Assembly (NCBI GenBank): GCA_017654855.1
Contig: CM030334.1
Location: 1 to 64,000 of the forward strand
Direction of reading: 5' to 3'
DNA length: 64,000 bases
Origin: Podospora anserina
Taxonomy: Eukaryota
Numbering within the stretch: position 1 is the first letter of the stretch; the number at the start of each line of letters is the position of its first letter. The notes beneath the pieces are model-generated. The model was not told the DNA's origin, searched no databases, and worked only from the letters and a program-made list of their open reading frames with translations. The position numbers and the translations under genes were made by a program. This document shows, in pieces, positions 18,151-29,382 of the stretch.

Positions 18151-19448
18151 TCGTAATAGTTTTCTTACTTCTTTCTTTCTTTAAAAAAAATAATAAGTTA
18201 AGTCAATTAAATAAATTAATTATTTATAGTACCTTATATAAAACTATAATATTTTAATATACTTTTCTTTATATTTGCAGGAAGTTCTTGTTGCACTTTC
18301 TTCCTTTAATAACTACGTCGTTGTATTTAATAGTATAGTCCGAAACTCGCTAAGACCTTAGGTAATTGCTTCCCCTTCCTAAAACCTCTGTAGTATAAAG
18401 CTTTTAACGACTTTATTCTAATAGGTTATCTTAATAAATTATAACTAAAAGTTAATAATTTAATATAGGATTATTATTAAGGATTAATAAGTTTAAATAA
18501 AATTATTATTAAGAGTTAATAATTTAGGAGACTATTAAGTTTTTATAAACGGAGAAACTAGTTAATATATAGGAATAGTTCCGTAATATATAATATAAGT
18601 TATAATTGTTAGTATTTAGAGGTTTTAAATAGAAGTTCGTTATACTAAAGCTATTTAAACTTATATAACTAGCTAAGATATTAAATAGTTAAATTAGTTA
18701 GTAAAAAGCTTTAATTTAATCCTTATTAAAAATTTGTGCTTTAGGATAAATAATTAAATTAAATTAAATTATAATGTAAAAACCCTAAAGAAAACAGCTC
18801 TCTAGAAAGCTATTTTAGACTTATAGAAAGTAATGCTTAACAAAAAACTTTTTTAATTAGCCTAATAAATTAAAAAAAATATAAAAATAAAAAGCAAGCT
18901 TATAAGTTATAGTATAGGTATTTAATTTTATATAGGAAAATAGCTATTTTAAAAGTACTGTGACTTTAAAGAAAATAAATTAAATGTGCTTTATTTTTTC
19001 TCTATATAGTTAGTAAGTCACACGTTACTCTATATTTCCCTAGCGTAGGTATAGTAAACTATAAGAGAAAACGTAATTTAAATTACTTTTTAGGGAACGT
19101 AATCTAAATAATCCACAGCTTTATTATCACAGTAAAGCTAATAGCAGGTTAAAAAGTATGCGGGGCGCAAGGCGCCTCCAGCTAATTATTAGAGAACTAT
19201 TAGAAAGTAAAGCCCTGGGAAGCGACGGGAATATAGTTATCTAAGTAATTCCGAAGTAGGATAAGTGATTTAGAAGCACTTTTAGCACGGTAATCTAAGT
19301 GATCCTAAAGTAAAGGAAGTGATTAGAGATTACACTTAGTAAAGTAATCTTTATAATTGAGTAGCTTTTGTAACTAAAATAAGCTATTATTGTGCACTAT
19401 TTAGCTGCACCAAACTAAATTATTTAAAAGCGGTTTCGACTAGTATTT

Positions 19449-20260
19449 TGTTATAGGCTAACTATATAGCAAGACTAAATAGGAACTGGAGCTGGCCGTA
19501 GTAGCTAATTAAGGAAGAAAGGCGCAACGGCGTGGCTATATAGTGATGGGACGCTTACTTTTTAGCATAGGTAAGCTGGATTACCTAGCTTACTTGGTAA
19601 GCGTGGTGAGCTAGGAAAGATTATGTGACGAACCCCTGTACAGAACCTCTGAAAGGGATACTGGTTAAAGGCTACTTCTGACAATTAGTTCGGTGCGGCT
19701 AAATAGCGCACAACAAGATGTCTCAATGTAAACACAAGATACCGTAAATACAAGCTGTGAATTGCATACTGCAGAACTATCTATCTACACCAGCCAGTTC
19801 CTCCGTATATATAGACCCTGTGCCAAGCCTAGCACTGTCCTGGATCGATTGACTCGACCATCGATCCTATCGATACTGTCCCTTTTGGGATTGACTCTTC
19901 TGGATCGATCCTCGATCCCAATGATCCTGCTCTAATTAGTCCTCGCTCCTGTACTAATAATTGGCCCGTGATGCGCCCCGCGCCCCACCAAAGTGTCAAG
20001 CCGTAACAGATTACCACCGCTTACTAGTGAGCTAAGGTAAGCTAGATACGGAGGTACCTAGAGGATTAAGGTCTATATATATAAAGGAACTGGCTAGTGT
20101 AGATAGATAGTTCCGCAATATATAATAGTTATAAGTTATAATCGTTAGTATTTAGACTTTTAATAAGCTATTTGTTGTAGACTATTTAGTAGTACCGAAC
20201 TAGAATTGAGTGCCCTTAACTAGTATTTTTTTTAGAAGTTTTAGATAGAAGTTTATTATA
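19449..20260 (-). mobile_element. Solo LTR-c (422 bp net), TSD TATTT
   Basis: TGTTATAGGC...GTTTATTATA termini; TATTT at 19444-19448 and 20261-20265. Confidence 0.8.
19624..20008 (+). mobile_element. Solo LTR-b (385 bp, least mutated), TSD GATTA
   Basis: TGTGACGAACCCCTGTACAG...GCCGTAACA; GATTA on both sides. Confidence 0.92.
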
Positions 20261-20489
20261 TATTTTATTTAGATGTTTTAGATAGAAGTTCGTTATATTT
20301 ATATATATAAAGAAACTAAATAGCTAGTAAATTGTTTTGCAATATATAATATAAATTACATTTGTTATTATAAAGCTATTGTACTTAAAATAACTAGTAT
20401 AATATATTATTTAGCTGCACTGAATTAATTTTTAATAAACTTTTTTAATTAAGTATTTTTTTATAGATTTTAAATAAAAGCTATTAATA

Positions 20490-21060
20490 GTTTAATATAT
20501 AAATAATAACTAATTTCAAATTAATATAAATTAAGGAAAATTAATAATTTAATTAAAATATAATATTAAAGTTAAATAATATATAAAAATTATTATAAAG
20601 AATTTATATAGGTAAATTTATACTTTCTTAACTATTTAAATTTTATTTTAAGATAGTTAATATATATTAAACTAATATTAATCTTTATAAAAATTAAATA
20701 TTTTTAAAATTTAAGTTTTTTTAAAAGTATAATAGCTTACAGAATATTAGTATTTTAAGATTAAAAACTATACTTCGAAAAATATTAATATACTAAATAT
20801 TAGTAGTTATGTTAAAAATATAGAAAATATAAACATTATATTTAAATAATATAAAATAAAATTTAACGAAACTTTTACTTATACTTTATAGTAATAATAA
20901 TATATAAATTAATTATTAAATTTAAATGTAAAAGTAATATCTAAAGCTACTAGTAACAAATAATAATATATATATAATAGTTATAGAAAAAGATAATAAC
21001 TAAAAGTAGTAAACTAAAAGCTCGCATTTTTAAAGAATATAAGTAGCTAGTGCTGCAGCG
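20490..21060. repeat. Extremely AT-rich RIP relic, unidentified
   Basis: Strong TpA excess and CpA/TpG depletion. Confidence 0.6.
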
Positions 21061-21521
21061 CTAGGATCTACAGGGCAAGTGCGCTAACAGCTGCAGCAAT
21101 TAATAGCTAATCGCCTTATCCAATCTATCGAGCTAGTCTATAATAGGAAAGGTGCCTTGGGGTAGTAAATACCGGCAACAACGGAAAACGTCATCGTCAT
21201 CAATAACTGCAATTAATCTATCAATTGTCAATAGCTCCATGGATCCTGACTGCGAAAGGCTTGCAACTAGTCCCAGTAATTAACCGTTGAACTAACTATT
21301 AAACTGCCTTTGCAAGTGGAAGCAAGTAGTGATTGACGAATAAAAGCTTATGGGCAGTGCTGACAATAAGACAAGTTAACCAACCAGGAGAGGCTCAAAG
21401 TAATTAAACAAAGGAAAGCTGGTGCCAGGGCGCCAGGAAGAAAGAAAGGCTTGCAAAGCACTGTTTGCAAGGCCCATAAAAGGAAAGGCTTACAACCGAC
21501 AGTTGTAAGCAGTGGTGAAGA

Positions 21522-22740
21522 TCAGGTTGCCAGACCTCTGCCAATATCAGAGCTGACAGCGGTCAACAGAGCCATCAGTCGGCTTACATCGACTTGGACC
21601 AGATTCCCATTACGCCAGCTGCTATTCTTGATGACGAAATCCTTGAAAGTACTGGGTGTGGGTGAAGGCGGCATCGGCGGAAGTATCGCCTCAGGTCTGA
21701 TGTAGCCAGTCTCATGTAAGTGGGTGAACAGCTGATTGCGCGAGGCAAAGGCGGTGCCGCAGGTTGAACGGGCGCAGGGCTGAGGCGAGCGGACCAAACG
21801 CTCCCGGCGTGGCTTGCCAGGCGAGGTCTTGGTCCCGGGCGACGGTGAGGATGAGCGGGTGCGAGGGCCGTTGCCTGTGGAAGGCTGGTTGATAGGCTTC
21901 GTGCCAGGCAACGTCTTGTTGCCAGAGGGAGGCTTGTTGCCGGACAAGGCCTTGGTAGGCAGTGTTGACTCTCGCTCAGGGGTGATGGGAGCCGGGGCGG
22001 CTGGCAGGGAGAGTGGAACGAAGTCCAAGGCAAAGCCTTCACTGGGCCCGCAGCGGGCTTATTGGCGTCAAAGTTGAGGGCATTGCGAAGACCTGTAACA
22101 GCTGTAGTAGATAAGGCGATGAAGTTGTTAGTGGGCTCAATCGAAATGGAAGATGCCACCATTTCACAGGATGACGTAATGGTCAAGGTTTGGGGTGTAG
22201 GGACCTGGGCGCACAGGTCAACCAAACGCTGCTCCAGACTATCAATGTAATCTTGCAGCTGGAGTTGCTTGTCTTCCAGAGTCTTGACTTGATACTCAAG
22301 ACCCTTCATTTGGCCTGCTTTTTCGTTTGCACAGAGTATATACGCAACGAGAGTTCTCTTTTGAGGGTGACGATTTCTTCGTCCTTCTGGTATAACTAGT
22401 CTGTAAGGCTGGGTGCCGAAGGTGACGTAAGCTACTGCTGTAAGGCTTTATCGGAGCAGCCGTATGGTCGTTGAGGCGGCGTTCCAGAAATAATGTGACC
22501 ATTGGCTGTGGAACCTGGCCTGATGCTCGTCGTCGTCGTCAACAGTGAGGTTATCGTGAAAGTAGATACCACACTGATTGTAATATTCTTTAGTGTTGAC
22601 GATGTGGGTGGGTGCGGTGGAAGTCGTCTTGACGGCTAGTTCGCTCGGGGTAGTATGACATTGGTGAGGGGACACGTACTGGCGACCAGTAGGCCACTGC
22701 TCAGGCAAGGTCACCTTGACGGTCGGTTGCTGACGTAATG
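21522..22740 (-). pseudogene. Frameshifted coiled-coil + C2H2 zinc-finger gene
   Basis: Segments in successive frames: D*LYQKDEEIVTLKRELSLR / MKGLEYQVKTLEDKQLQLQDYIDSLEQRL / CARSTCGTAFASRNQLFTHLHETG. Confidence 0.6.
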
Positions 22741-24091
22741 ACGGTGCGGTCGGTCGGTGAGGGAGTTGCTGTGAGAGCTGTAGGCTACTGGGCGAGCAAG
22801 ACGAAAAGAGGTGTGACCTTATACCTGTTGCCAGGGAGGGAGGGTGAGGGTTCTAGTGACGGCGGCAACGTTATGGATAGCCTCGCATTCGAATCAACGA
22901 GCAAAGGCTTGCCCGGCTACCGGTGATCACTGGGCAAGTAGGTGGTTGTTGAGGGAGTAGTTGTCATGGAAGACTGGGTCGTCGGCTGAGCTCTTGGGAG
23001 GGCGGCCGGCGCGGCAGAAATCGTGGGCGGTGAGTCACCGGTCACCTAACGGTTCAACGCGGGGCGGTTGGCTGCCTGGGCTTGAGAGCGGGCAAGGGGT
23101 TGATTTTTGTCAATTGTGGTGGAAAACATTGATTTCGATGGAATTTGGAGAATCGGTGGCCGACTTACAAGTTAACTGTGAAGCTGGCGGCGCGCGGCAG
23201 AATTCCGACACCGGCAGGCGGTAAGCTTGTTTGAGCACCTTGATGAGCAAGGTAGACAAAGCAGTCAAGCTGCGTTGGCAGAGGAATTTGTCGTTTTTTG
23301 TCGACTTGGTGGATTTCGTCGTTTGACGTGGATTTGGTTGGCGTTGCCAGTGGTGGGTGTGCTGGACTGACTGTAAAGTCGGCCGTGAAGATGTAATCGA
23401 CACAGGATTTTGATCCTGGTTTCGGCGGAAGCGCGATTTTGCATGGGAAATAAATGGTGGGAAATAGGATCCGATTTTCTGGTATGATGCTGTCAGACGG
23501 CGGTGATGTCGATCAAATTGGTATGGCTTCGGTTGACGCGGCGGTCGAACTGGGCCTTGCGCTCAGGGCATTGGTCGTCGGGAGGCGACGCGGCGGTCGG
23601 CTTGTTTGACTTGGTGGGTTCGTGAAATCGAAAATCGAGCAACCTGCCTGGTTAAAAAGCTAGTCGCGCGGCGACGGAACTAACGCTATTCAGAGGTAAT
23701 CGATGAATGGTAGCAAGCTACTATTTGACACCCGGGGGGCTTGGACAGAGGCAATAGTATAGGTATATTGGTTGTAAGTGAGGAAGATGATGGTTGAATG
23801 CACGTGCCACAGGGACTTTCGCTTGCGAAGCACAGCAGCTGCTAGAGAACAACTACAAGCCCACGGGCCCCACTGTCGCGCTAGATAGCAGCACCCCACC
23901 CGTGGTCTCTGCGGGGAGCTAACGTGCATGGGTCCTGGGTCCAAATGCCAGGTAGCAGCAGCTTCAACTTTATATTTCGGATACACTGCAAAACAAAACA
24001 ACTGTCAACTGCCCTGAAACTCCTGCGATCCGGTTACATCATCACCAAATCGTTATCGCGCACGCCAGCCCTCTAGCTACCTACCGGCAAG

Positions 24092-24920
24092 ATGGTACGC
24101 CTAGCCACCTCAATCCACACCCCTCAGCCTTGCGCGCCCCTTGCTGACTGTTGATCTCTCTCACAAATAGAACACAACCTTCAATAGCGCCCTCAAACAA
24201 TCCACGTCCCTCCGAAAAGATCTCTCCTCCCTCTCTTCCCCCGACGCCGACATTACCCCCGCCATCCTCGGCTCCGTCAGCGCCAGCCTCGCGGCCCTCT
24301 CCCGAACGATAGACGAGTACAATACACTCGCCAAGCAGGAGCTCAACAAGGCCAAGCAAGAGAAGGCCTTTGAACGCATCAAGGACTTCAAGCAGGAAAT
24401 CTCGTCGTACCGTGCCCTGCTCGACCGACTTAATAAGGACAGAGAAGAGCGGGAGTATGTGAACCACAGGGGGGAGCTGCTGGGGAGGAGGCCCTTTGCC
24501 GCGCAAACCCCCGAGAACCCATATACTGGCGCTACAGTGTCAGGTGTGCAGACTACTCCGGGGTATGGGCATGCGAGGACGAACAGCACGGTCGAGTCTA
24601 GCGGTGGGATGGGGATAGGGAGCGGTGATGTTATGCGGGAGTCGCATGCGCTGAGGGAGCAGGCGTTTTTCCAGCACACGAACTCGGCGTTAGATGATTA
24701 CATTGCTAGGGGCCAGGCTGTGTTGGGCGATCTTGGGCAGCAGAGGGAGATACTCAAAAACACGCAGCGGAAGCTGTATAGTGTTGGAAATACGCTCGGG
24801 ATATCGGGGGATACCATTAGGATGGTAGAACGGAGGGCGAAGCAGGATAAGTGGATTTTCTGGGGAGGTGTCATGGGCTTTTTTTTGTTTTGCTGGTTAG
24901 TGTTGCATTACCTGCGGTAG
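24092..24920 (+). CDS. BOS1: ER-Golgi Qb-SNARE Bos1/membrin (~250 aa; intron 24095-24170)
   Basis: ATG|GTACGC..GCTGAC..TAG; MNTTFNSALKQS; SNARE motif LGISGDTIRMVERRAKQDKWIFW plus C-terminal TM. Confidence 0.9.
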
Positions 24921-25064
24921 TGTCCCGACCAGGGAGAGTGGGAAATAGTCATGAAGTGTGGAGTTTTGGCATGGTTTTACGGCAAACTGGTACTAAGGTA
25001 TATATGATCGAAGTTTTTGTTTTGTGTGCTCCGCCCCTCTGATCATCACAGCGAAAGCGTCCCA

Positions 25065-25958
25065 CTAGTTTTCCCTCAGCGACATAGTAAATAGCACATC
25101 CTTAGTTGCTTCTACCTCGATGACTTGGGTCTCGGGCAGGATGTGGTTGCTGGTGCTCATCTGCCCCCCAAATTCCGTCGGCCAGTCCGTTACGTCCCAT
25201 TCCAGGCCCTTGGTCGTGATGTAGCTCGGCTCTTTCATAGGCAGAATGCCTACCCACTTTGCGAACACGTCCTTCTCCCCTGCCGGACCGTCCCTCACCC
25301 GGATGACGTGCTTTCTGCCTGCTTTGAGCATGAAGGTCAAAGACTCGCCGCTGAAGAAGTACATCTTGCCTTCGTTATAGTCGGGGTCCCGCTGAAACAG
25401 ATATAAGTGGTGAAGCTGGGATATGCCGTGGTCAACTCTGCCCCCGAGGCTGCCAACAACGACGATGTCCTTCCCCTTGAGAGAGGGACGATATTTCGCG
25501 CGGGTGTGCTCAACTGCTTTGGCGAAATCGGTCGAGTAGTCATCGCGGTAGTATATCACGTTGGTGCGTCTTGGAGGGGTCTCGTAGTAGGTGCGCGCCA
25601 CTTGGCTGATGGAATCCAGGTCACCGATGATAACGTCGAGGTCGTCAAAGGAGGGGTCGGAATGAATGCCGGCCGCATCGTGGAGGCAGTTGGCGGCACC
25701 GTCGGCGGCTATATGAAAGATGGCTGTAGAGGAGGTTGAGTTAATGTGTGGGGTAATGAATAGGTATGAAGGGAAGGGGGGGCACGGACCATTATTCCAT
25801 AGTCTCTTGATCATGCCGACATGATTGTGGATGGGCTGGTTGAGGATGAGAAGGGCGTAGTCGGGAGGTGCGTTACTGGATGGAGGGCGGAAGATATCTG
25901 TAGGGTTCCATTCGATGATGGGCGAAGCCTTCTTTTGCTGGGGAATGCATGCAGCCAT
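25065..25958 (-). CDS. THI80: Thiamine pyrophosphokinase (in-frame intron ~25727-25790)
   Basis: ALLILNQPI, AADGAAN, IIGDLDSI, YSTDFAKA, LGGRVDH, TKGLEWDV, STSNH. Confidence 0.93.
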   Translation of the reverse strand: MAACIPQQKKASPIIEWNPTDIFRPPSSNAPPDYALLILNQPIHNHVGMIKRLWNNGPCPPFPSYLFITPHINSTSSTAIFHIAADGAANCLHDAAGIHSDPSFDDLDVIIGDLDSISQVARTYYETPPRRTNVIYYRDDYSTDFAKAVEHTRAKYRPSLKGKDIVVVGSLGGRVDHGISQLHHLYLFQRDPDYNEGKMYFFSGESLTFMLKAGRKHVIRVRDGPAGEKDVFAKWVGILPMKEPSYITTKGLEWDVTDWPTEFGGQMSTSNHILPETQVIEVEATKDVLFTMSLREN

Positions 25959-26203
25959 GGCTGTGATGCTCTGTTTGGCTGGTTAGTGTACCCTGCAGGA
26001 TGATGACCGGGATGCGAGGATACCAGGTGGGTGGCGGGGGCCCTTTAGGTAAAGGGCTTGATGTAAACTCCAATACTGCGTGGTGGAATCTCTAAATTGT
26101 GCCCAGAATAAAAAGTTGGACAATGTGGATTGTAGGAGTTGATAGCCGGGTAGATAAGTTATGTGAGCTCTCTATATTCGAGTTTATAAGTAAGTGTTTG
26201 GAA

Positions 26204-26300
26204 CTGAGGTCGATACAATTTGAGCAAGGCTATAACACGGACGGCTCGGATCTGAGGTCGATACAATTTGAGCAAGGCTATAACACGGACGGCTCGGATC
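26204..26300. repeat. Perfect 48-bp tandem duplication
   Basis: CTGAGGTCGATACAATTTGAGCAAGGCTATAACACGGACGGCTCGGAT twice. Confidence 0.97.
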
Positions 26301-27137
26301 AAACTGTTTACCCAGACTAGTGGAACCCTAACCCTAGGCACAGGAAACTATGACAGGAAGAACAAAATGTCCCTTTCTCAAAAGGATAGCTTTATTTGGG
26401 GTCGCCTCGTAGGTAATTGAAGAGATGACACTGCTTTACAAATGTCTGCCCCTATGGTCTCTTTTGTAGAACATAGTTTCTATAGGAAACTACATACTTT
26501 CAATTCCGCTCAACGCTTCGAGGCACCGAGGATAAAAACTGTCAAATCCACGCCGACGTCAAGTGTGGATTCCATGTCTGCGGGCCTCAGTGGGGATGCT
26601 GTAATTAGCCGCCCGCTGTGGGGATCACGCAGCCTGATAACCTCACAGCCTCACGCCAAGGTAGGTAGGCACCGTAGTACCTTACCAAAATCGACTCGAT
26701 CCTCTCGCCGCATTTCATCGAGCTGCAGCATATCGTGACGTCCAGGCCGCGCACAAGCTTCCGTTCCCGTCCCAGTAGTTGTGGCACTGGCTGTGCCGCC
26801 CGCTTCCATGTTATTAGGAGGAATCCCGGTTGGGATATGAACCGCCTTATTGGCTGAATTTTAATGTCGGCATCTTGATATCTTAAGGACCATGCATTAA
26901 ATGTATGTGTTGGTCGACTTTGTTATCTGATATTGAAGTTTATCGTTTTGACCTAGCACGCTCTAGAACCGACTTTTCGGTGACGCTCTCCTCAAATGGA
27001 CGCCTGACAGGCGCCTTGACAACCGTTCATTCACCATGGTTGGTGAGTTAGGTATATATTCCAGCTATGTCCCACTGGCCCGTCGCAGCCCGGTTCAGCT
27101 GAACATCACACCCGTCACCCTGTTTCAACTAGAGACC

Positions 27138-29102
27138 ATGGTCATCTATAAACCATCAATCGTTTTGACCGCAGTGCTCTACGCCGACCTTGCCGGAGCT
27201 CAGGACTATGTCGGCCCAAACTTCGAAAGATGTCAAAAACGAGTCACCAGCATCTTGGAGGGAAAGGAGGAATGGAACGGCATCAACAACGTGACCGTAG
27301 AGCAGTACATATACCGTGGTGCCGTTCGGGGGATGAACTCCGAGTATGAGCAAACTTCCAGAGATAAGTTCATCACCATCACCACCGAGGGTTGCAAGGT
27401 GCTCTGTGAGAGCCCTGTCGACTTTTATTGGCACTCGGATATCACGACCACCCTCAGCATCATTTCCAACTGGATATTGCCTATCATGGCCTTGCTTTCC
27501 GCTCTTCCATACGATTCCTTGCACCGCAGGACGGCCGGGGCACCGTGGTGGCAGACCAGGATCATGGGGACCCTTCGCGCCCTGCTTAACTGGCTCGGGT
27601 CTCCCGAGACAGCCCTTACAAACACATTATTCAACATCCATCAGATGCACGAATGTTTAGCTGAAACCAAGTCATCAGGCCAAGGCATTTCGGGAAACAG
27701 CAACCTGCGGTCACTCAAGATGGATGCCTACTACGTGCTCAGCTGCATAGGCCAGTTCAACATGCCCGATTTAAGCAGTGACGAGTTTTTGGAGCCCCTC
27801 GTCTACGCCTTATTTAGGGGCTTTGTACACTTGGATGCTGGAGAGGCAGCCGCTCATGCCCAATCCACGACGTACCCGCCAGCCGGCACTACACCAGATC
27901 AAAGGGAACGGTCGGAGCAAGCGAAGGTGTGGACGAGAGAACTTCTTCAAGAAATGGCGTTTCAACTCAGGATGCTCCGTCGTCGAGGAATTTACCCATC
28001 ACTTGTCAATGTGTTCCTCTTCTGCGTCGCCTACGCCATGGCCGTCGTCCTAGCTTTTAGCGACGTTGGCGAAAGAACCACAGCTCACGCTTTGGCTCTA
28101 GGTATCCTAGTCAGCTGGCTGCCGCTGCTTGTCTTATTTTCCATTCTGGACCGGAATCCCATGTCAGCCGATCGGGGCAGGAAGTTGATGTCTCGATGGC
28201 TGTGGAACGCCGACGCAATCCGTCGGTGGGAGAAAGGTTCGGGAATCCCTGCTTCCCAGACTCTGCCGCCAGTCATGCCGGCGGGAGGTCCGCCTGCGTC
28301 ACCGGACTGGTGGACATGGAACAAGGAAGAGAATTTGCGCGCGTTGCAGCTACCGCCCGGTCAAACGCCTCTATTTGGTTCCTTTCAGCAGCCGGTAAGA
28401 TTCGACCCCTTTATTGGAGAGTTTGTTGGCCAAGGAAGACAAATGGGCTACCATGGTCTGGCTTTTTCTGTTGTGCACAGTGTCTATGACAGCCACGGAA
28501 CCGATCGACGGATGAGGTCCATTCAGGAAATCGTGGAACATACGCGTGTCAGGCTCGATGGACCGCGGCCCTGGGCGTGGTGGAGGATGGCATTCATTTC
28601 ACTGACGATAGTTTGGCTCTTTGCCGGAATGGCATTTATGATCTCATACAACACTCCTACTGTCGGTTTCGCTTGTCGGTCTGGATCCTACACAGTGTAC
28701 GGCCTTCTTACCTTCGGTTCCTGGTTCTTGTCATTGCTGCCATGCTACAAACACCCTGATAATTGGATGAGAGCCGTGGCCCATGCCTTCAATGGCCTGG
28801 CGCTTCTCACTCTCATACTCATCATCTTCGCCTCCTTCAGCGGTATTTTCAACAACTGCATATGCAAAGGAGGGCTGGCTGGATACTTGGACTTTGAGAG
28901 TGCAGAGTTCTACCGGAACCCAAACCATTTCAACGTCTATAAATGGTGGATGGCCGGTGCTATTGTTGGTGCTTTGCCCATAACCTTCAGCTTGCTCAGG
29001 GCAGCTTGGTTGTTGATTCGACTGAAGCCTCTGTGGCAGGCTTCGGAGCAGCACAATCCACATGTGCGCAACCCCGGAGTTGATATGATCTGGTTGATTT
29101 AG
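27138..29102 (+). CDS. Uncharacterised multi-pass membrane protein with signal peptide (~654 aa, intronless)
   Basis: Long ORF; signal peptide MVIYKPSIVLTAVLYADLAGAQ; several hydrophobic helices. Confidence 0.85.
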   Translation: MVIYKPSIVLTAVLYADLAGAQDYVGPNFERCQKRVTSILEGKEEWNGINNVTVEQYIYRGAVRGMNSEYEQTSRDKFITITTEGCKVLCESPVDFYWHSDITTTLSIISNWILPIMALLSALPYDSLHRRTAGAPWWQTRIMGTLRALLNWLGSPETALTNTLFNIHQMHECLAETKSSGQGISGNSNLRSLKMDAYYVLSCIGQFNMPDLSSDEFLEPLVYALFRGFVHLDAGEAAAHAQSTTYPPAGTTPDQRERSEQAKVWTRELLQEMAFQLRMLRRRGIYPSLVNVFLFCVAYAMAVVLAFSDVGERTTAHALALGILVSWLPLLVLFSILDRNPMSADRGRKLMSRWLWNADAIRRWEKGSGIPASQTLPPVMPAGGPPASPDWWTWNKEENLRALQLPPGQTPLFGSFQQPVRFDPFIGEFVGQGRQMGYHGLAFSVVHSVYDSHGTDRRMRSIQEIVEHTRVRLDGPRPWAWWRMAFISLTIVWLFAGMAFMISYNTPTVGFACRSGSYTVYGLLTFGSWFLSLLPCYKHPDNWMRAVAHAFNGLALLTLILIIFASFSGIFNNCICKGGLAGYLDFESAEFYRNPNHFNVYKWWMAGAIVGALPITFSLLRAAWLLIRLKPLWQASEQHNPHVRNPGVDMIWLI

Positions 29103-29382
29103 GCAATTTCTTATTATTTTATTTACGACTTGGTTACCCAGCAATACCAATCATGGTGTTCATCTGCATCATGTTTGTTTGTTGTTTTGAGCCCCTGAAA
29201 GAGCGTCAGCATTCCGTTAGTTACCTCTTACGGCGAGAGTCTTGGCACCACACCTTGCTGCCTAAAACACACAGCTAAGATCTTGTTGACATAAAAACCC
29301 CAGCCATGTTCTCTTTATAAACACGCATTCTTTTTACTGTATTCACTCCCTCAATCACCACGAATCCGTTTGGTCTCATAAA

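Larger units (their letters stand above)
19125..20297 (-). mobile_element. Solo LTR-d (356 bp net), TSD TTTAT
   Basis: TATCACAG...GTTCGTTATA termini; TTTAT at 19120-19124 and 20298-20302. Confidence 0.75.
18900..20489 (-). mobile_element. Outermost, heavily RIP-mutated LTR (LTR-e); left end approximate
   Basis: 20298-20489 matches the reverse complement of the conserved LTR half; interrupted in its TATA box. Confidence 0.55.

Noticed and set aside
14763..23700. Spok meiotic-drive gene, Starship captain or het/NLR gene
   Set aside because: No Spok, DUF3435, HET, NACHT or WD/ankyrin repeat motifs recognised here or elsewhere in the window; heavy RIP limits certainty
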